DNA from: Ascidiella aspersa
Lineage: Eukaryota
Direction of reading: 5' to 3'
Assembly (NCBI GenBank): GCA_963924565.1
Contig: OZ004610.1
Span: 34,162,001 to 34,226,000 of the forward strand
DNA length: 64,000 nt
The translations under genes were made by a program, and so were the position numbers. Shown here one piece after another: positions 37,001 to 48,000 of the stretch. Position 1 is the first letter of the stretch. Each line of letters begins with the position of its first letter. The notes under the pieces were generated by a model. It saw only the letters and a program-made list of their open reading frames with translations, had not been told where the DNA came from and did not search any database.

Positions 37001-40000
37001 CTGCTTCTGCAATTTACCAGAATTTTAGAGAAACTTGCTCTAACCCAATCTTAAGGTATTAAACATGACAACTGCGTTCGGCGACTCAATCAAATACAAA
37101 CCGTACAATGTTGCATCAAGACCTTGAGGAAAGCAAAGGTTCTTAGAAAAATAAACAAATAAATAGCAAGTTAAGATTGATTACTTTTTATAATTGGCTT
37201 CGTTAAGCAAACTTTAGTAAGGTTTTGCGCCTAAATATGTGAATTCAATTGTGTAAATGACTTGGGTCTGTTTTTTTGAAAAGAGTGACTCAAGTGCACT
37301 TAAGTAATGTCATTGTGAGTCATTACAACACTGCCTTTCACCTTTCAGAGGAAGGTAAACTTCCACATTATGTTTGTATTTCCACCTTAATGCTGAGCAA
37401 CCAGAAAGCGGAGCAGCCCACATTACGGAAGCAAGCCGAGGAAACTTATCGCGGAACAATAATATGGATCGAAGGTGAACGAAGGGACAACACCACTATG
37501 TCTAATGACCAAGTGTAGGACAACACAACCATGTATAATGACCAAGTGTAGGTCTTATCGGTGAAGTTGGAATTATTCTTAAATTAGGGGGGAAAACTGC
37601 GATTAATTAGGGCCATATTTGGGCTAAAACTAACAATTTAATGAGCAACCAGGTTCAAATTAAGTTCAAATTATTTTTTTTGTATCATTATGAACGTTGC
37701 TAAAAACCTTAAAATACTGGCTGGAAGATTTAGTTGGATGTAGAGTAGATACTAAAGTTAATATTAAAGTATTTCGGTTCGCGGTGCACATTTAACTTAA
37801 ACTTGTTTGTAACAAAATGGTTTCAATTTAGCAAAATCTAGCCGAGTGCTTAGATGTCAAAACGCACTTCTAAAGTTTAGAGAAATGCCAGACCCGAAAT
37901 GTCAATGATTTACATTCGCACTAGAATTTAAATCTTAAACCTCGTGGTTAATAAACACGCAATTCTGTGGAATCATAAAAACGTGACCAAATATAACCAT
38001 TTATACACCTTTCAATATACAAGTGAATGTATATCTGTAGACGCCTAATTATAAGAAACAATGCGTTAAATATAGAAGTTCTTTCTGCGCGGCAAAATGC
38101 GACCAAAGTTCATTGCGAGTTTGAGAATGTGATATTTGTCACGTAGCCACATTGAACTAAGAGAAGCACAAAGATTCGCTCAAGTTCGCAAGTTTTACTT
38201 AATATATTAACATGGGGGTGCAAGACCAGATATACCAGGCTTCCATGCGTAAATGTAATCTTATTGGGGGGGACAAAATTTTTAGGCGCTCTACCTGATT
38301 AAACCAGGTTGAAAAGATATTTTGGTCGAAAGGTTGGAAAAAATATTTTGGCCGAAAGGTTAATTACTTTTAGGAACCAGAATTTGATTTATTGTTTTGT
38401 TGTTTATACAATATTTTTGCATAAATCGTTATTTTGTATTCGCAAAACGACCCGACAGAATTTTTTTTATTTTTCTATCTTTTCAAGTTCACCTTCGTCA
38501 GTTCGTCTTCTTTTGACGCTCAAGTCCAATCCGGGTTTTCCCCCGATTTGCATATTGGACGGACTCGGTGAAGCGTGACCAGCGTTCGATGACGTCATTT
38601 CTTCATCGCGCACTCTCTTGCGCTCGTAGTGGTCAGGGTCTGGAGTGAAGAAATGTTAAATTTGTTTTCCCTGATTGGTTATGAGAGAGTAGTTACTGTA
38701 CATTTCTGTATACGATCTTGAAATTACTTTAATTAAAGCATTGCTGAGGTGAGTTGGGAAAATGCAAGTTTTAATTTTTAGTGGAGATTTAATTTTTACT
38801 GGCCGCAAGTAGTTAGTTGAAGCTTGCAAACAAATCAAAAATGTATAAAACGAATTTATATTGAACTTATCGCTGAAATAATTACAGATTTTTTGTTAAA
38901 TTGTTTTATTGTTTTTATTTAATATAATGGCAATCTTTAATTTTAACTCAATAGTTATTTTGGCTGTGGTGTATTTTCAGAACTGAGGCTGCTTTGAATA
39001 AAATGAATGGAAAAAAATCTATGCAGAGTCTAGAAACAATCTAAATTTTGATGGATGGTTTCCTCAAATTCATCTCATATTTCCAGCGCAGTGTGCATAA
39101 AACTGCCAAGAACTTTGAATACCAACAGTTCAGCGATCTATAATTATAATTAAACCACAAAATGCAGGAGTTTGAAACGCCATTTTTTAGGTTTACGAAT
39201 TGTACATGTTTCATAAAAATATTTGAAATAAATTCTTTTTATTAAAAAAGTTTGGCTCACCTTTTTCGAAGGCAGTGAATTTGTGTGTATATATAAACAA
39301 ATGTGTTCAATAACTTCTTAATGTAACATTTTTTTAAATGTGTAAAAAATGACATTTATCCGTCGATTGTAAGTGTAATTTAACAAATAAGCATGAAAAC
39401 TAACACAAATTTATCTGTTTTAACAGCGGAAAGATTGCTGCACAAACACAGCGGAAAGATTGCTACACAATCACAGCGGAAAGATTGCTACACAAACACA
39501 ACCCTCTATAAGATAAAATGTTTAGTCCTGTTGCAAGAACACTCTATAAAATGTAAGTTAATTCACAGAATCTACATTTAGTAGCAATAAGTTGTTAATT
39601 TTAACAAACCTTGCTCATTTCCTGTGTTATCCTCATCATCACTGAAGCCTTGGGGTTGCAAGATGTAAACACCTGGGGTAAAAAAACATTTTTATCTAGA
39701 ATCAAACTAAGTATTTTATTGTATTTATTTAACAAACAATCAGGTGGCAGTCTTAGGGCTGAAAAAAACCTTTGGCCGTGACACTATTTACAACGAGTAA
39801 CAAACGGTTTTCAGGAACAACATATAATAATAGTAATATATGTGTGTAACAATTTTAACTAGCTTCGCTTAAATTCTGTACATTTTAGAAAAGATTTTAA
39901 GTGTTTAAGAGTAAAGCATATATTAGTAAAGTCAACACTAAAAAAAACATTTTTTTACCTTCTGGTGGTGGGTTGTCTTTCCTGCGTTCAATTCCGTTGA

Positions 40001-42070
40001 AAAAATGCTGAGCTGAATAGTCTGTAACAATAATATACCACATTTATAGTTAAGAAAACAACACTTTGTATTTACACTTCATCATAGTATGTAACACATC
40101 TGTTTACCAAAATAGTTATCAAATTATAAACAGCGACGTCAAATATATACCGGTAATTGCGAAGTGTCATATTGTTGAAGTTTTGAGTAGGCAGTGTGCT
40201 TAGATAATAATAAATTACTATTTTAATAAACACAGCACAGATTAAAGATTTAAAAAGAATATCAAAGCCCATACAGAATGTGTATAGCATTCCTGGAAGA
40301 CTTAAAAAAACAAAAAACAAAAACAAAAAAAATTGCAGTCAAAATAGGTTTAATGTAAATTTAGAGTGTCTAATTAAATCTGCTTGATATAAACATACAA
40401 TTTGTCCTGTTTTTAAAGGATGTTATACAAATGCTTATGGCAAAGTTTCAAGCAATACCATTGATGTTTTTACAGCGGTTTCTTTATCAAGTTTACAAAG
40501 TACCACAGAAAATGTTTGCTGATTAGAATTTTATTTACATGCTTGTATGCGATACACAAGATCTATCCATTTATGCTGGCACAGCCATAACATGTTAGAG
40601 CTATCATGAGACTAAATATGTGCATAGGCTTAAGCTTTTGGAACTGTACAACTGAATAAACATTATTTTCAGCTGATGATTAAGACAGAAGCCATTTGTT
40701 TATTAAATCGGGGATAAACAGGCATTGGATAATCCGGTTTGCAGTAGTGCAGTGATTCATTGAACTGTTATTGTTGCCAAACTGACTGTTTTTGTGTAAT
40801 TATAAACAAAGAGTGCAATAAAGATTATCTTTGTGTTTATCAATGTAATCACATTTTAAATGTATGTAGGTGTTATTAGTACAACTGTATGTTTTAAGTT
40901 TACTTTTTAAATTCATAACATAGTTGCTTAACAAACATGTTCCACATTCACCCAATGACAATATTTTAATCTGGTATTTTTCTGGTTTTATCTGTGTTTT
41001 AAATCGGATAAATGTATGAAAGCCAAAAAACATTTTTATATTTATTCTTACCAGAATTTGAATTCTGTTGCATAATCAACCCATCTTCATTTGAACAGTG
41101 CTCATCTAAAGATTAAACAATCAATTAATCATACAGTACTAAACATCCATTTTACATTTTTTTTAAATAAAAATTTTTAATCAATTTTTGTTTCCAGTAA
41201 AAGGGTTTAAAAATAATTAAATTGGGTAATGTTAAATGTTTTTTTTTATTTTACCCAATAAACGCATATGTGTCAATACCTTGAGCATAGACACAACTTA
41301 GGAATGAGCAACAAATTGTAAAACATGTGAACATAAGATGTCTGGTCTGTTTCCTTTGTAATGGTTCTGAGTCAATGTATAAGATAATAATGATCAGCTA
41401 GCAACTAAATTATCATAATAAAGTGGTATTATGATAATGCACACAAATCTGACGCAAATTATTTCTAGCAGTTATTATTAGCAGCTGAGTAGCTAATTAT
41501 AATAAGAAAAGCATTTTAATATATTGACAAATTTTTTCTTGTGAAAGTCATTCCATCTTTCAATTTATACACAAAGATTTCAATTAGGCATTCATGGACC
41601 CCTAAAACTAGTGCATAAACCCTCAAGGGGACCATGAACCTTAACTTAAGAACCCCTTCTCTTCTGTTTTGTATTAGCATACAAGTGGGTTAACGTTGTT
41701 GAATATGTATTTCCATTGCCTCATATGTAACTTTAATTGTGTATTTTAGTTTTTTTAAGCAAACATTCAAACTCTTAGGTTAGTAGTCTTCTCAAATGTT
41801 TAGTTTTGCATCGGTGAGTTTTCTGTTTCTATGAGCCAAGGGGTCAACGAACCCCAGTTTAAACCCACCAGTTTTAAAGGGGTCAACAACCCCCCCCCCA
41901 GTTTTTCAGTTATAGTGGTTACCTAGTTGTGGTGGTGTCAGCGCATCTTGATCTTGCGGCTGGTAGCTTTGTTCGATTTCTTGCGCTTGGAAGTTCGGGA
42001 TTTGGTTTTGGAGGTTTGAGCAGATGAGGTCGAGGCGTCGGACCGGTCGACTTTTTCTTCGCGACGACAT
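12719..42070 (-). CDS. CASZ1: Castor zinc finger 1 ortholog, long 11-finger form; 41 coding exons, 5565 nt, 1854 aa (manual model)
   Basis: Exons in transcript order: 41923-42070, 41052-41105, 39959-40021, 39610-39672, 38493-38639, 35435-35534, 34697-34832, 34046-34107, 33039-33120, 31997-32129, 29302-29366, 28941-29038, 28567-28635, 28262-28352, 27918-28082, 27303-27475, 26665-26790, 25997-26148, 25321-25656, 24810-24926, 24146-24299, 23659-23734, 23005-23155, 22661-22755, 22353-22402, 21975-22097, 20902-21438, 20440-20550, 19913-20000, 19281-19452, 18751-18891, 18123-18256, 17773-17857, 17445-17567, 16773-16853, 16458-16566, 15800-15932, 14769-14977, 14149-14274, 13447-13581, 12719-13070. 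All introns are GT-AG, phases are compatible and there is no internal stop. CASZ1 signature stretches: [87 protein letters not shown]. Exons in low-complexity regions rest on splice signals and phase only. Confidence 0.93.
13447..13581 (-). CDS. CASZ1: CASZ1 exon 40 (finger 11); alternative acceptor would start at 13611
   Basis: [31 protein letters not shown]; the GTCAGT donor gives the phase needed by the last exon. Confidence 0.85.
13623..13923. repeat. Exact tandem duplication, period 151 bp, in CASZ1 intron 39
   Basis: AAAATAAGGGGTTACGGTTCAGGG...CAAATAAATGAC occurs twice head-to-tail, identical by eye. Confidence 0.9.
14149..14274 (-). CDS. CASZ1: CASZ1 exon 39 (fingers 10-11)
   Basis: [41 protein letters not shown]. 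Confidence 0.9.
14769..14977 (-). CDS. CASZ1: CASZ1 exon 38 (fingers 9-10)
   Basis: [31 protein letters not shown]...[10 protein letters not shown]...[11 protein letters not shown]. Confidence 0.94.
18751..18891 (-). CDS. CASZ1: CASZ1 exon 31 (finger 8)
   Basis: [40 protein letters not shown]. Confidence 0.93.
19281..19452 (-). CDS. CASZ1: CASZ1 exon 30 (finger 7)
   Basis: [55 protein letters not shown]. Confidence 0.93.
20440..20550 (-). CDS. CASZ1: CASZ1 exon 28 (finger 6)
   Basis: [36 protein letters not shown]. Confidence 0.9.
20902..21438 (-). CDS. CASZ1: CASZ1 exon 27 (largest exon, Pro-rich linker)
   Basis: Core of ORF 20898..21545; TTCCAG acceptor, GTGAGT donor, phases fit. Confidence 0.88.
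21803..21912. repeat. Inverted-repeat copy of the AAAGCCCATACAGAAGTAGG family
   Basis: ACAGAAGTAGAAAGCATTTTGAACGTTTTGAATAA ... TTATTCCAAACGTTTAAAATGATACCTACTTCTGT. Confidence 0.7.
21975..22097 (-). CDS. CASZ1: CASZ1 exon 26 (finger 5)
   Basis: [38 protein letters not shown](FH). Confidence 0.9.
23322..23584. mobile_element. Degenerate hAT-like MITE
   Basis: Ends CAGGGGTTCTTAAAC / GTTCAAGAAACCCTG. An inverted related fragment lies at about 41590-41657. No TSD recognised. Confidence 0.55.
25321..25656 (-). CDS. CASZ1: CASZ1 exon 19 (Pro/Ser-rich, SRDV repeats)
   Basis: Open frame between CTCAG acceptor and GTGAGG donor; phase 1/1 matches neighbouring exons. Confidence 0.75.
25997..26148 (-). 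CDS. CASZ1: CASZ1 exon 18 (finger 4)
   Basis: [40 protein letters not shown]. Confidence 0.93.
26171..26354. other. Assembly gap (184 N) inside CASZ1 intron 17
   Basis: Run of N. The flanking exons join in frame, so no coding exon is required within the gap. Confidence 0.99.
26665..26790 (-). CDS. CASZ1: CASZ1 exon 17 (fingers 3-4)
   Basis: [41 protein letters not shown]. Confidence 0.95.
27303..27475 (-). CDS. CASZ1: CASZ1 exon 16 (fingers 2-3)
   Basis: [40 protein letters not shown]...TTHFHC; GTAAGT donor. Confidence 0.95.
27918..28082 (-). CDS. CASZ1: CASZ1 exon 15 (fingers 1-2)
   Basis: [35 protein letters not shown]...[14 protein letters not shown]; AG/GT flanks. Confidence 0.95.
28262..28352 (-). 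CDS. CASZ1: CASZ1 exon 14 (start of finger 1)
   Basis: [30 protein letters not shown]; AG/GT flanks. Confidence 0.9.
30377..30590. repeat. Inverted-repeat copy of the AAAGCCCATACAGAAGTAGG family
   Basis: AAAGCCCATACAGAAGTA ... TACTTCTGTATGGGCTTT, followed by the ACTACAACCTCCAACCA tail. Confidence 0.75.
39423..39500. repeat. Short tandem repeat x3
   Basis: ACAGCGGAAAGATTGCT(G/A)CACAA occurs three times. Confidence 0.85.
41923..42070 (-). CDS. CASZ1: CASZ1 first coding exon ([21 protein letters not shown]...)
   Basis: ATG at 42070-42068 with an in-frame stop upstream in the same exon (acceptor at 42124-42123). LDLICSNL parallels vertebrate LNAICAKL. Phase-1 donor GTAACC. Confidence 0.75.
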
Positions 42071-45000
42071 TTTCCCAAGTTTACAACATGGCAGAAAAGT
42101 GCCTTATTCCCTTGAAAAATATCTGTGAAAAAACATGAATATTTATAAACAACAGCCTGAAATTATCCAAGAATCCGGGCGAAGAAGTGACAACGTTTAA
42201 TAATAATTGTAAAAATTTGTAAAAAAGTTAACCTTGATAGAAGAAACTTAGTCAAGTTTGGAACAATAATGTCCTGATAATCAATGTAAATTATATTAAA
42301 TAAATGGTTTTCTTAACAAATTGCTTCTAAAACAGTTTAACAATTTGTTGCAACACAAATAAAGAAAATCACAAATAGACTAAACCACAGTTTTTAGAAC
42401 TGATAAATTATAACACCCATCAAAATAAAACTAGAGAAATAAATATACATTTCCAATAAAAAGTTTCTCAATAGGCTAACATAAAGCTTTTTCAGGAACT
42501 ATGATCTAAATAAATATGCTTCTAAAACAGATCCTTCAAGTGTGTCAAATCATTAGCAGAATGGCATGAATAGAATCACTGTATTCAAAAAAATGCGACT
42601 ATATTAACAAGTAGGAGACCCCATACAAAAAAATCCAAACTGTCAAGTGTGAAGTATACATGCCGCTCATTCGCCATAACCAACTGTATAAGCACGCAGG
42701 TAAAACCTTGGTTTTATAGCGGACCGTTGACCTTAATATTTGCAGCGCAGTAATCAAGTTTTACGATAGACGCATGAAAATAGCAGATAGGCTCGATTTA
42801 AACTTTCCACGCGGCACGAAAATGTGGCACGGAAAGCTGATTACACACTTTCGCCCGACTCCTTTAAACGCAAGTTTTGTGTTTTATTCCAGCGCGCCAT
42901 GATAGTTTACTTATCTGTAACTTAAAAGCATTTGAATACATTTTAAGCGCGGCTCGAAAAAGTCGCCAAACTTTGTTTCACCTTTCGATCAAATTTATGT
43001 AGGAGTGGTTATATCACGGTTTATGGCATAATTTCAAATAGCGAGAATCGGGTTTACGGCGAATGCACTTAAATGTACAGCAATCCGCCATTTTAATTCC
43101 GCAAATAAAATTAAAATGCGGTTTTGCAATTTAAAGCTGGCAAGGTTGCAGCATGTAAATGGCAGTTCCTTAAGCCGTTGCTTTTGATGCAAAATGCTGG
43201 AGATTTATACAGGAAGTTGCATCAGGTGGAATTAAACAGGAGTTTGTTCATTGCAATGCAAAGGTGCTTCAAACCTGACTGGGCGATTTTTGCAGCTGCT
43301 GCTATTCAAGTACACTTTTAACTGGCAAAACATACACGACAAGTGGCCACGATGTAACTATTAACTTGTTGTTTTTCGCGTTAAAATATGTGCCACGGTA
43401 AAGCGTAGCATGTAAATGCGTTTTTTAGAAACGAACACGTTTTTCTTGTAACTGGTGAAAAGGGCAGCAACATTTATAAAAGTTTGATAAAAAGAAGCTT
43501 TTTAGTTTTTAAAATCACACGAAAGTATGAATAATTTAAGAAAACATCAGGAGCATCGATATCAAAGGATTCGAAAACTGACGTTTACCAGGCTGTTTTT
43601 TTATTGTGTTGTTTCGATTCACCCAATAATGAAATTCAGCAATATTGCGCAATCTTTCGCGTGTGTTTACGTGTTAAGTTTTATTGCTATGTTTTAACGC
43701 TAATGTTAGGCGATCAATCAAAAAGGCCGGTTGAATGCTCATACGGAAACATACAGCAGCATATGAACGTTCTCAATAGATTTATATTCATAATATTTCT
43801 AATACCAAAATAATGCCGACTTTTGAATAGCTCTCATCATTAACATTACAATAACCTAAAATCTTAAACAACTATACTTAACAAGAACGTCAAAGCCAAA
43901 TAAAATCGACATAAATTTAAAAAGACGTTTCTATTTATCGGTTAATATGATTGAATTATATCCAAACCTCACTTATAAAAGGTGGACTTTAACGTTTATT
44001 TTCAGGCTGCATTACAGATCTAAATAGTTTACCTAACATGTCCAAACTTTTGAAGCATTATTTAAGAAACAGTGCCTACGACTTTTGTAGCGCTAAAACA
44101 CACACAACAGCTGAACTAAAATAATCCAATTCTACAACCGACACTCGTAAATGGCAAATGCTGAAACGAGGAATTCCTGTTTCAAAACCTATTTCTCCCT
44201 CAACCACATCTCAAAATAATTCGCGAGTGGCGCAAAATTTCGCCGAAACTTTTTCATTCGTCAGTTGTTGAAGTTTTGCGGCGGCTCGCGAAAAATAACA
44301 CTTTGTTCGTTGGAAAAGTTTCGCTCCTCAAAGCGACTTGCTCCAAATCACACAAGAATTGAGGCCAAGCAAACTTAATGCTGCTGCGAAACTACATCGG
44401 GAAAACTTCAGACAAGCGAAAAAACGCAAAATTCGTGATAAAATCAGTACATTTTTGAGATTTTATTCTTAATAAATAACCTCAAGTTTTGAATGCACAT
44501 TATACCTTTATTCCTAAATCTATATACTGAAAGTCACCTTAGTTAATTATTTCTTTAAAAAAAAAACTTTAAAACAGTGGTTTTAAAATCTTTACACCTC
44601 GGCTAATGTTTAACAAAAAAACATTAAAGCGGTTGATTATTTTTGAGTTATATCGTTAATTAGCTCTTTTAGCGATATAACGAACTTTTGACCAAAGAAG
44701 CTAATGCATGAAGAATGTAAATCGCTTCAAACTTGCCAACACGGAAATGTGGCACATGATCTTTATACGACAAAACAATATTCTAACAAGTTCCGGCATT
44801 AGATTACAAGAAAGCGCCCTTATAATATAAACACGGGGCAAAATTATTGAAATGATCAGATACTTAACAAATTTGAATCAATAAGTTGCCAAAAAGAAGT
44901 GTCCCTAAAGTGTTAAAACTCAATTAAATGTTTCGGCATATTTTGTAGCCACCGCAACAGGTTTTTGAGGTAAAAAGTTACTTGGTTAACAGAAATAAAT

Positions 45001-48000
45001 AGAATAAAAGAAATAGTGCGCAGAAAACTGCCTTTAAATCTCTCGTATTTGCTGATTTGTTTGTTCTATAATATATCGGGTTGGTCAAATAAGGGTCGTT
45101 ACTCGTTGGGCAACTTTTAAACCACAATTTCTCAGCAAAGCATTAACATAGAAATAAAAACAGCAAATACGACCGCAACAGGTTTTTAGGGGATCGTTAA
45201 ACTTTTACGAGCTGGTTTATTGCTCATATAAATAACACGCGGTGAAATAGAAGGGGCAGGTGGTAGCCTTGTAAAAACAATAATGTTGTCTTATTATCTA
45301 CAAACTATTTTCAACAAAGTAAATAAACCCTATAATAAAGGTTTGGAGTAGGAAATAAAAAAACGTTCAATTCAGTTTCTTTCGAATAACATAATCTGCC
45401 TGAATCCTAATTGTAAAAACGATTTCTGGTTGCACATCAATGATAAGGAATTAACTAAGTAGAGAACTTATTAAACTGAGAATCAGTTTGATTTGGTGTT
45501 TTACTAAAAAACAACTCGCTCCTACAAGCATATTAATCAGTGTGTTAATTCGAATTAGTCTTTCTAAAAAGTTGTCGCTTGCCTGACTTCATATTGATGC
45601 CATCTTTATCTGACTAAACGCTATTTTAAACTATCATTCGATTTCACTATTACCAACCTTTCAACAACTCTAGGTAGTTAATAAAAAGCATGACAGCAGC
45701 GCTTAGAGCTTCCAGCTCGCAGTAAAACTCTAATCCCGGCAAGTGACCATCTAATCACTGCTAAAAGCGTCTGTAGACTCTATGACTGTACGATTAAAAG
45801 CAGACAAGACAACGGTGTGCATTAATGGGCAATTATAAGGATGTCTTGTAATCGCGCAACTGTAGAGCACTCCAGACAGCTAAATCAACAACATTATCTG
45901 TCCTGTACATATTACCAGTCGCTGGTAATTGTAAAAAATCTCCGCTAATGTTGCTTTTCCGTTTCGGATTTTTGCTAGTACACTTTGCTGATTGTGAGGT
46001 AATAGAGTAGGCTCGGGTTTCCTATTTTGAAAATAAACAACTTTTTTGCTGTTATAGCTGTTTTGAGTAGTTTATTAAAAACTGGATTTATTACTTACTT
46101 ATTTGATGCAACTAATACACGTTTTGCGGATGCTTATAACAATCTTTTACTTTCAGTCGACTAATCTGTAAGTCAAACACTTTATCTTGACTGTCATTAG
46201 CTTGACTGGTATATTGGAAGAAATACTGAACTACTTTCTGTACTATAATTTGTCTAAAAAAAAAGCGTTTCGTTTATGTAAATTCACGAATACCTGCTGC
46301 TTGAGACATAGCGGTAGAAGTAATAGCTTCGTATTGACACTAAGTAACTTTCTCGCGCACAAAAAAGTCGAAACAATTAACTCCTAAAACTTGGCTCCAA
46401 CAAAACAACAAAAAAGGTGCCAAGAATCCCACAGCGAGGTTTTCAACAATATCACAGCAGCAGGCGCCAACAACATAATCACCAAAGTATCCAGCAGAAT
46501 CAAGCAGCAGCCGAGGCAAGGTGTGATTTGGTGTTAGGAAGTGACGAAAAAATTATTTATCATCGCGCGTTTTTTCCTTCTAAGTCGCGCCGCATCTGCT
46601 TCCTTTTGCATCAGACCAACTTATTGGAGCTCTTTTGTTTGAGCTTATTGCACCGACCAACGCATTCGCAATATCTTGTGTTGTTTCACGCTACACAAGC
46701 AAACCTATGTTGTTGCTTTTTGGCCCAAGTAATAACAATTGGCGTGATGATGTAAATTTGTTGTGTTGTTGGAAAAATATGAAAATTTGAACGCTGATCT
46801 AAAGATTTTAGAAAAACCAATAATATTTGAAAATTTTAATAAATATTCACAAAGCACAGCAATAGTGTTGTTTTTTGGCCCAAAGTAATAACAATAGGCG
46901 TGATTGGATAATGTATTTTTTGTAGTGTTGTTGGAACCATATGAACGCTGGTAAAAATATTTCAGGATTCCCTAATGACCTTTAAAGGTTATAATTATAA
47001 TTAATATTCATAAATATTTGAACTTACTAACTCTAATTTTTTGGAGAAAACTTCTAGACATTTGTTTTAACCGTTACTAACCCGTTTAAGACAATTTTAA
47101 TCAAAAACTGTTTTCTGTTGTGAAATCACGAGATAAAAAAACGCGTTAAGCTGATTTTGTCCTTGTAATTTAGCAATATTAAATCACGTCTCTAGGATTG
47201 TTCAAAATCACGTAACGTTAATTTAAACATCTCAAAAAACCTAAAAATAACACACTGAATATGTCTTAAAATGTCAACTCAATGACCCAAATCATCCAAA
47301 AAGTGATAACTTCGACGCCAATGGTTTGCGACGATGTTGAAATATTAAGTCTTATTCGCATGTTGCGCCACTTTAATTTAAATTAAAGAAGTAGGTTATA
47401 TTTGAGAATAGGATAATTTTGAGAAAGAGCTTATGTTCCTAAAAAACACCTATTAGGCCATAGAACGGCAACCCTATGAACTGATTCTTTCAAAGTGAAT
47501 ATCACCATAACCTCGACGCCCATAGTTTGCTGATGTGGAAATATTAAGTTTATTTGCATGTTGCGCCACTTTGCCTACTAACACCTGAGGTTTGCCAACC
47601 AGCAACCCACATTTAAAACTTTTCGCGTTAATTGTGTCGCAATTTGTGTCACGTGCTAATATCGCGCGCGTGCTTTATCGACGAAACAATGACCGCCTGC
47701 GGGGTCAAGAGTTCAACCGACAAAGTAAGATGCTGAGCTTTTTAAGAATCGGCAAGTTTTTCGCGTAGTTCTGGGAAAATTAAGGACAATAAAGCAAAAC
47801 GTGTGAAAATATATGAGTAAGGTTGAAATAAAATTACCAGAAAAATAATATTTTACCACGATTTATCTTTAGTTTTATTCCGGAGTTTCGTTAAATAGCA
47901 CTACAAAGAAGTCTTTAAAGACAAAAATAGAAATTTCAACATAAAACTCAAAAAAAAATGCGCTTAAGGTGTATAAAAAAGGTAATGGAAACAACTCCCT

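Noticed and set aside
42081-42089. Regulatory uORF ATG-TTG-TAA before the CASZ1 start
   Set aside because: Present in the sequence, but such two-codon uORFs arise readily by chance and there is no conservation evidence.
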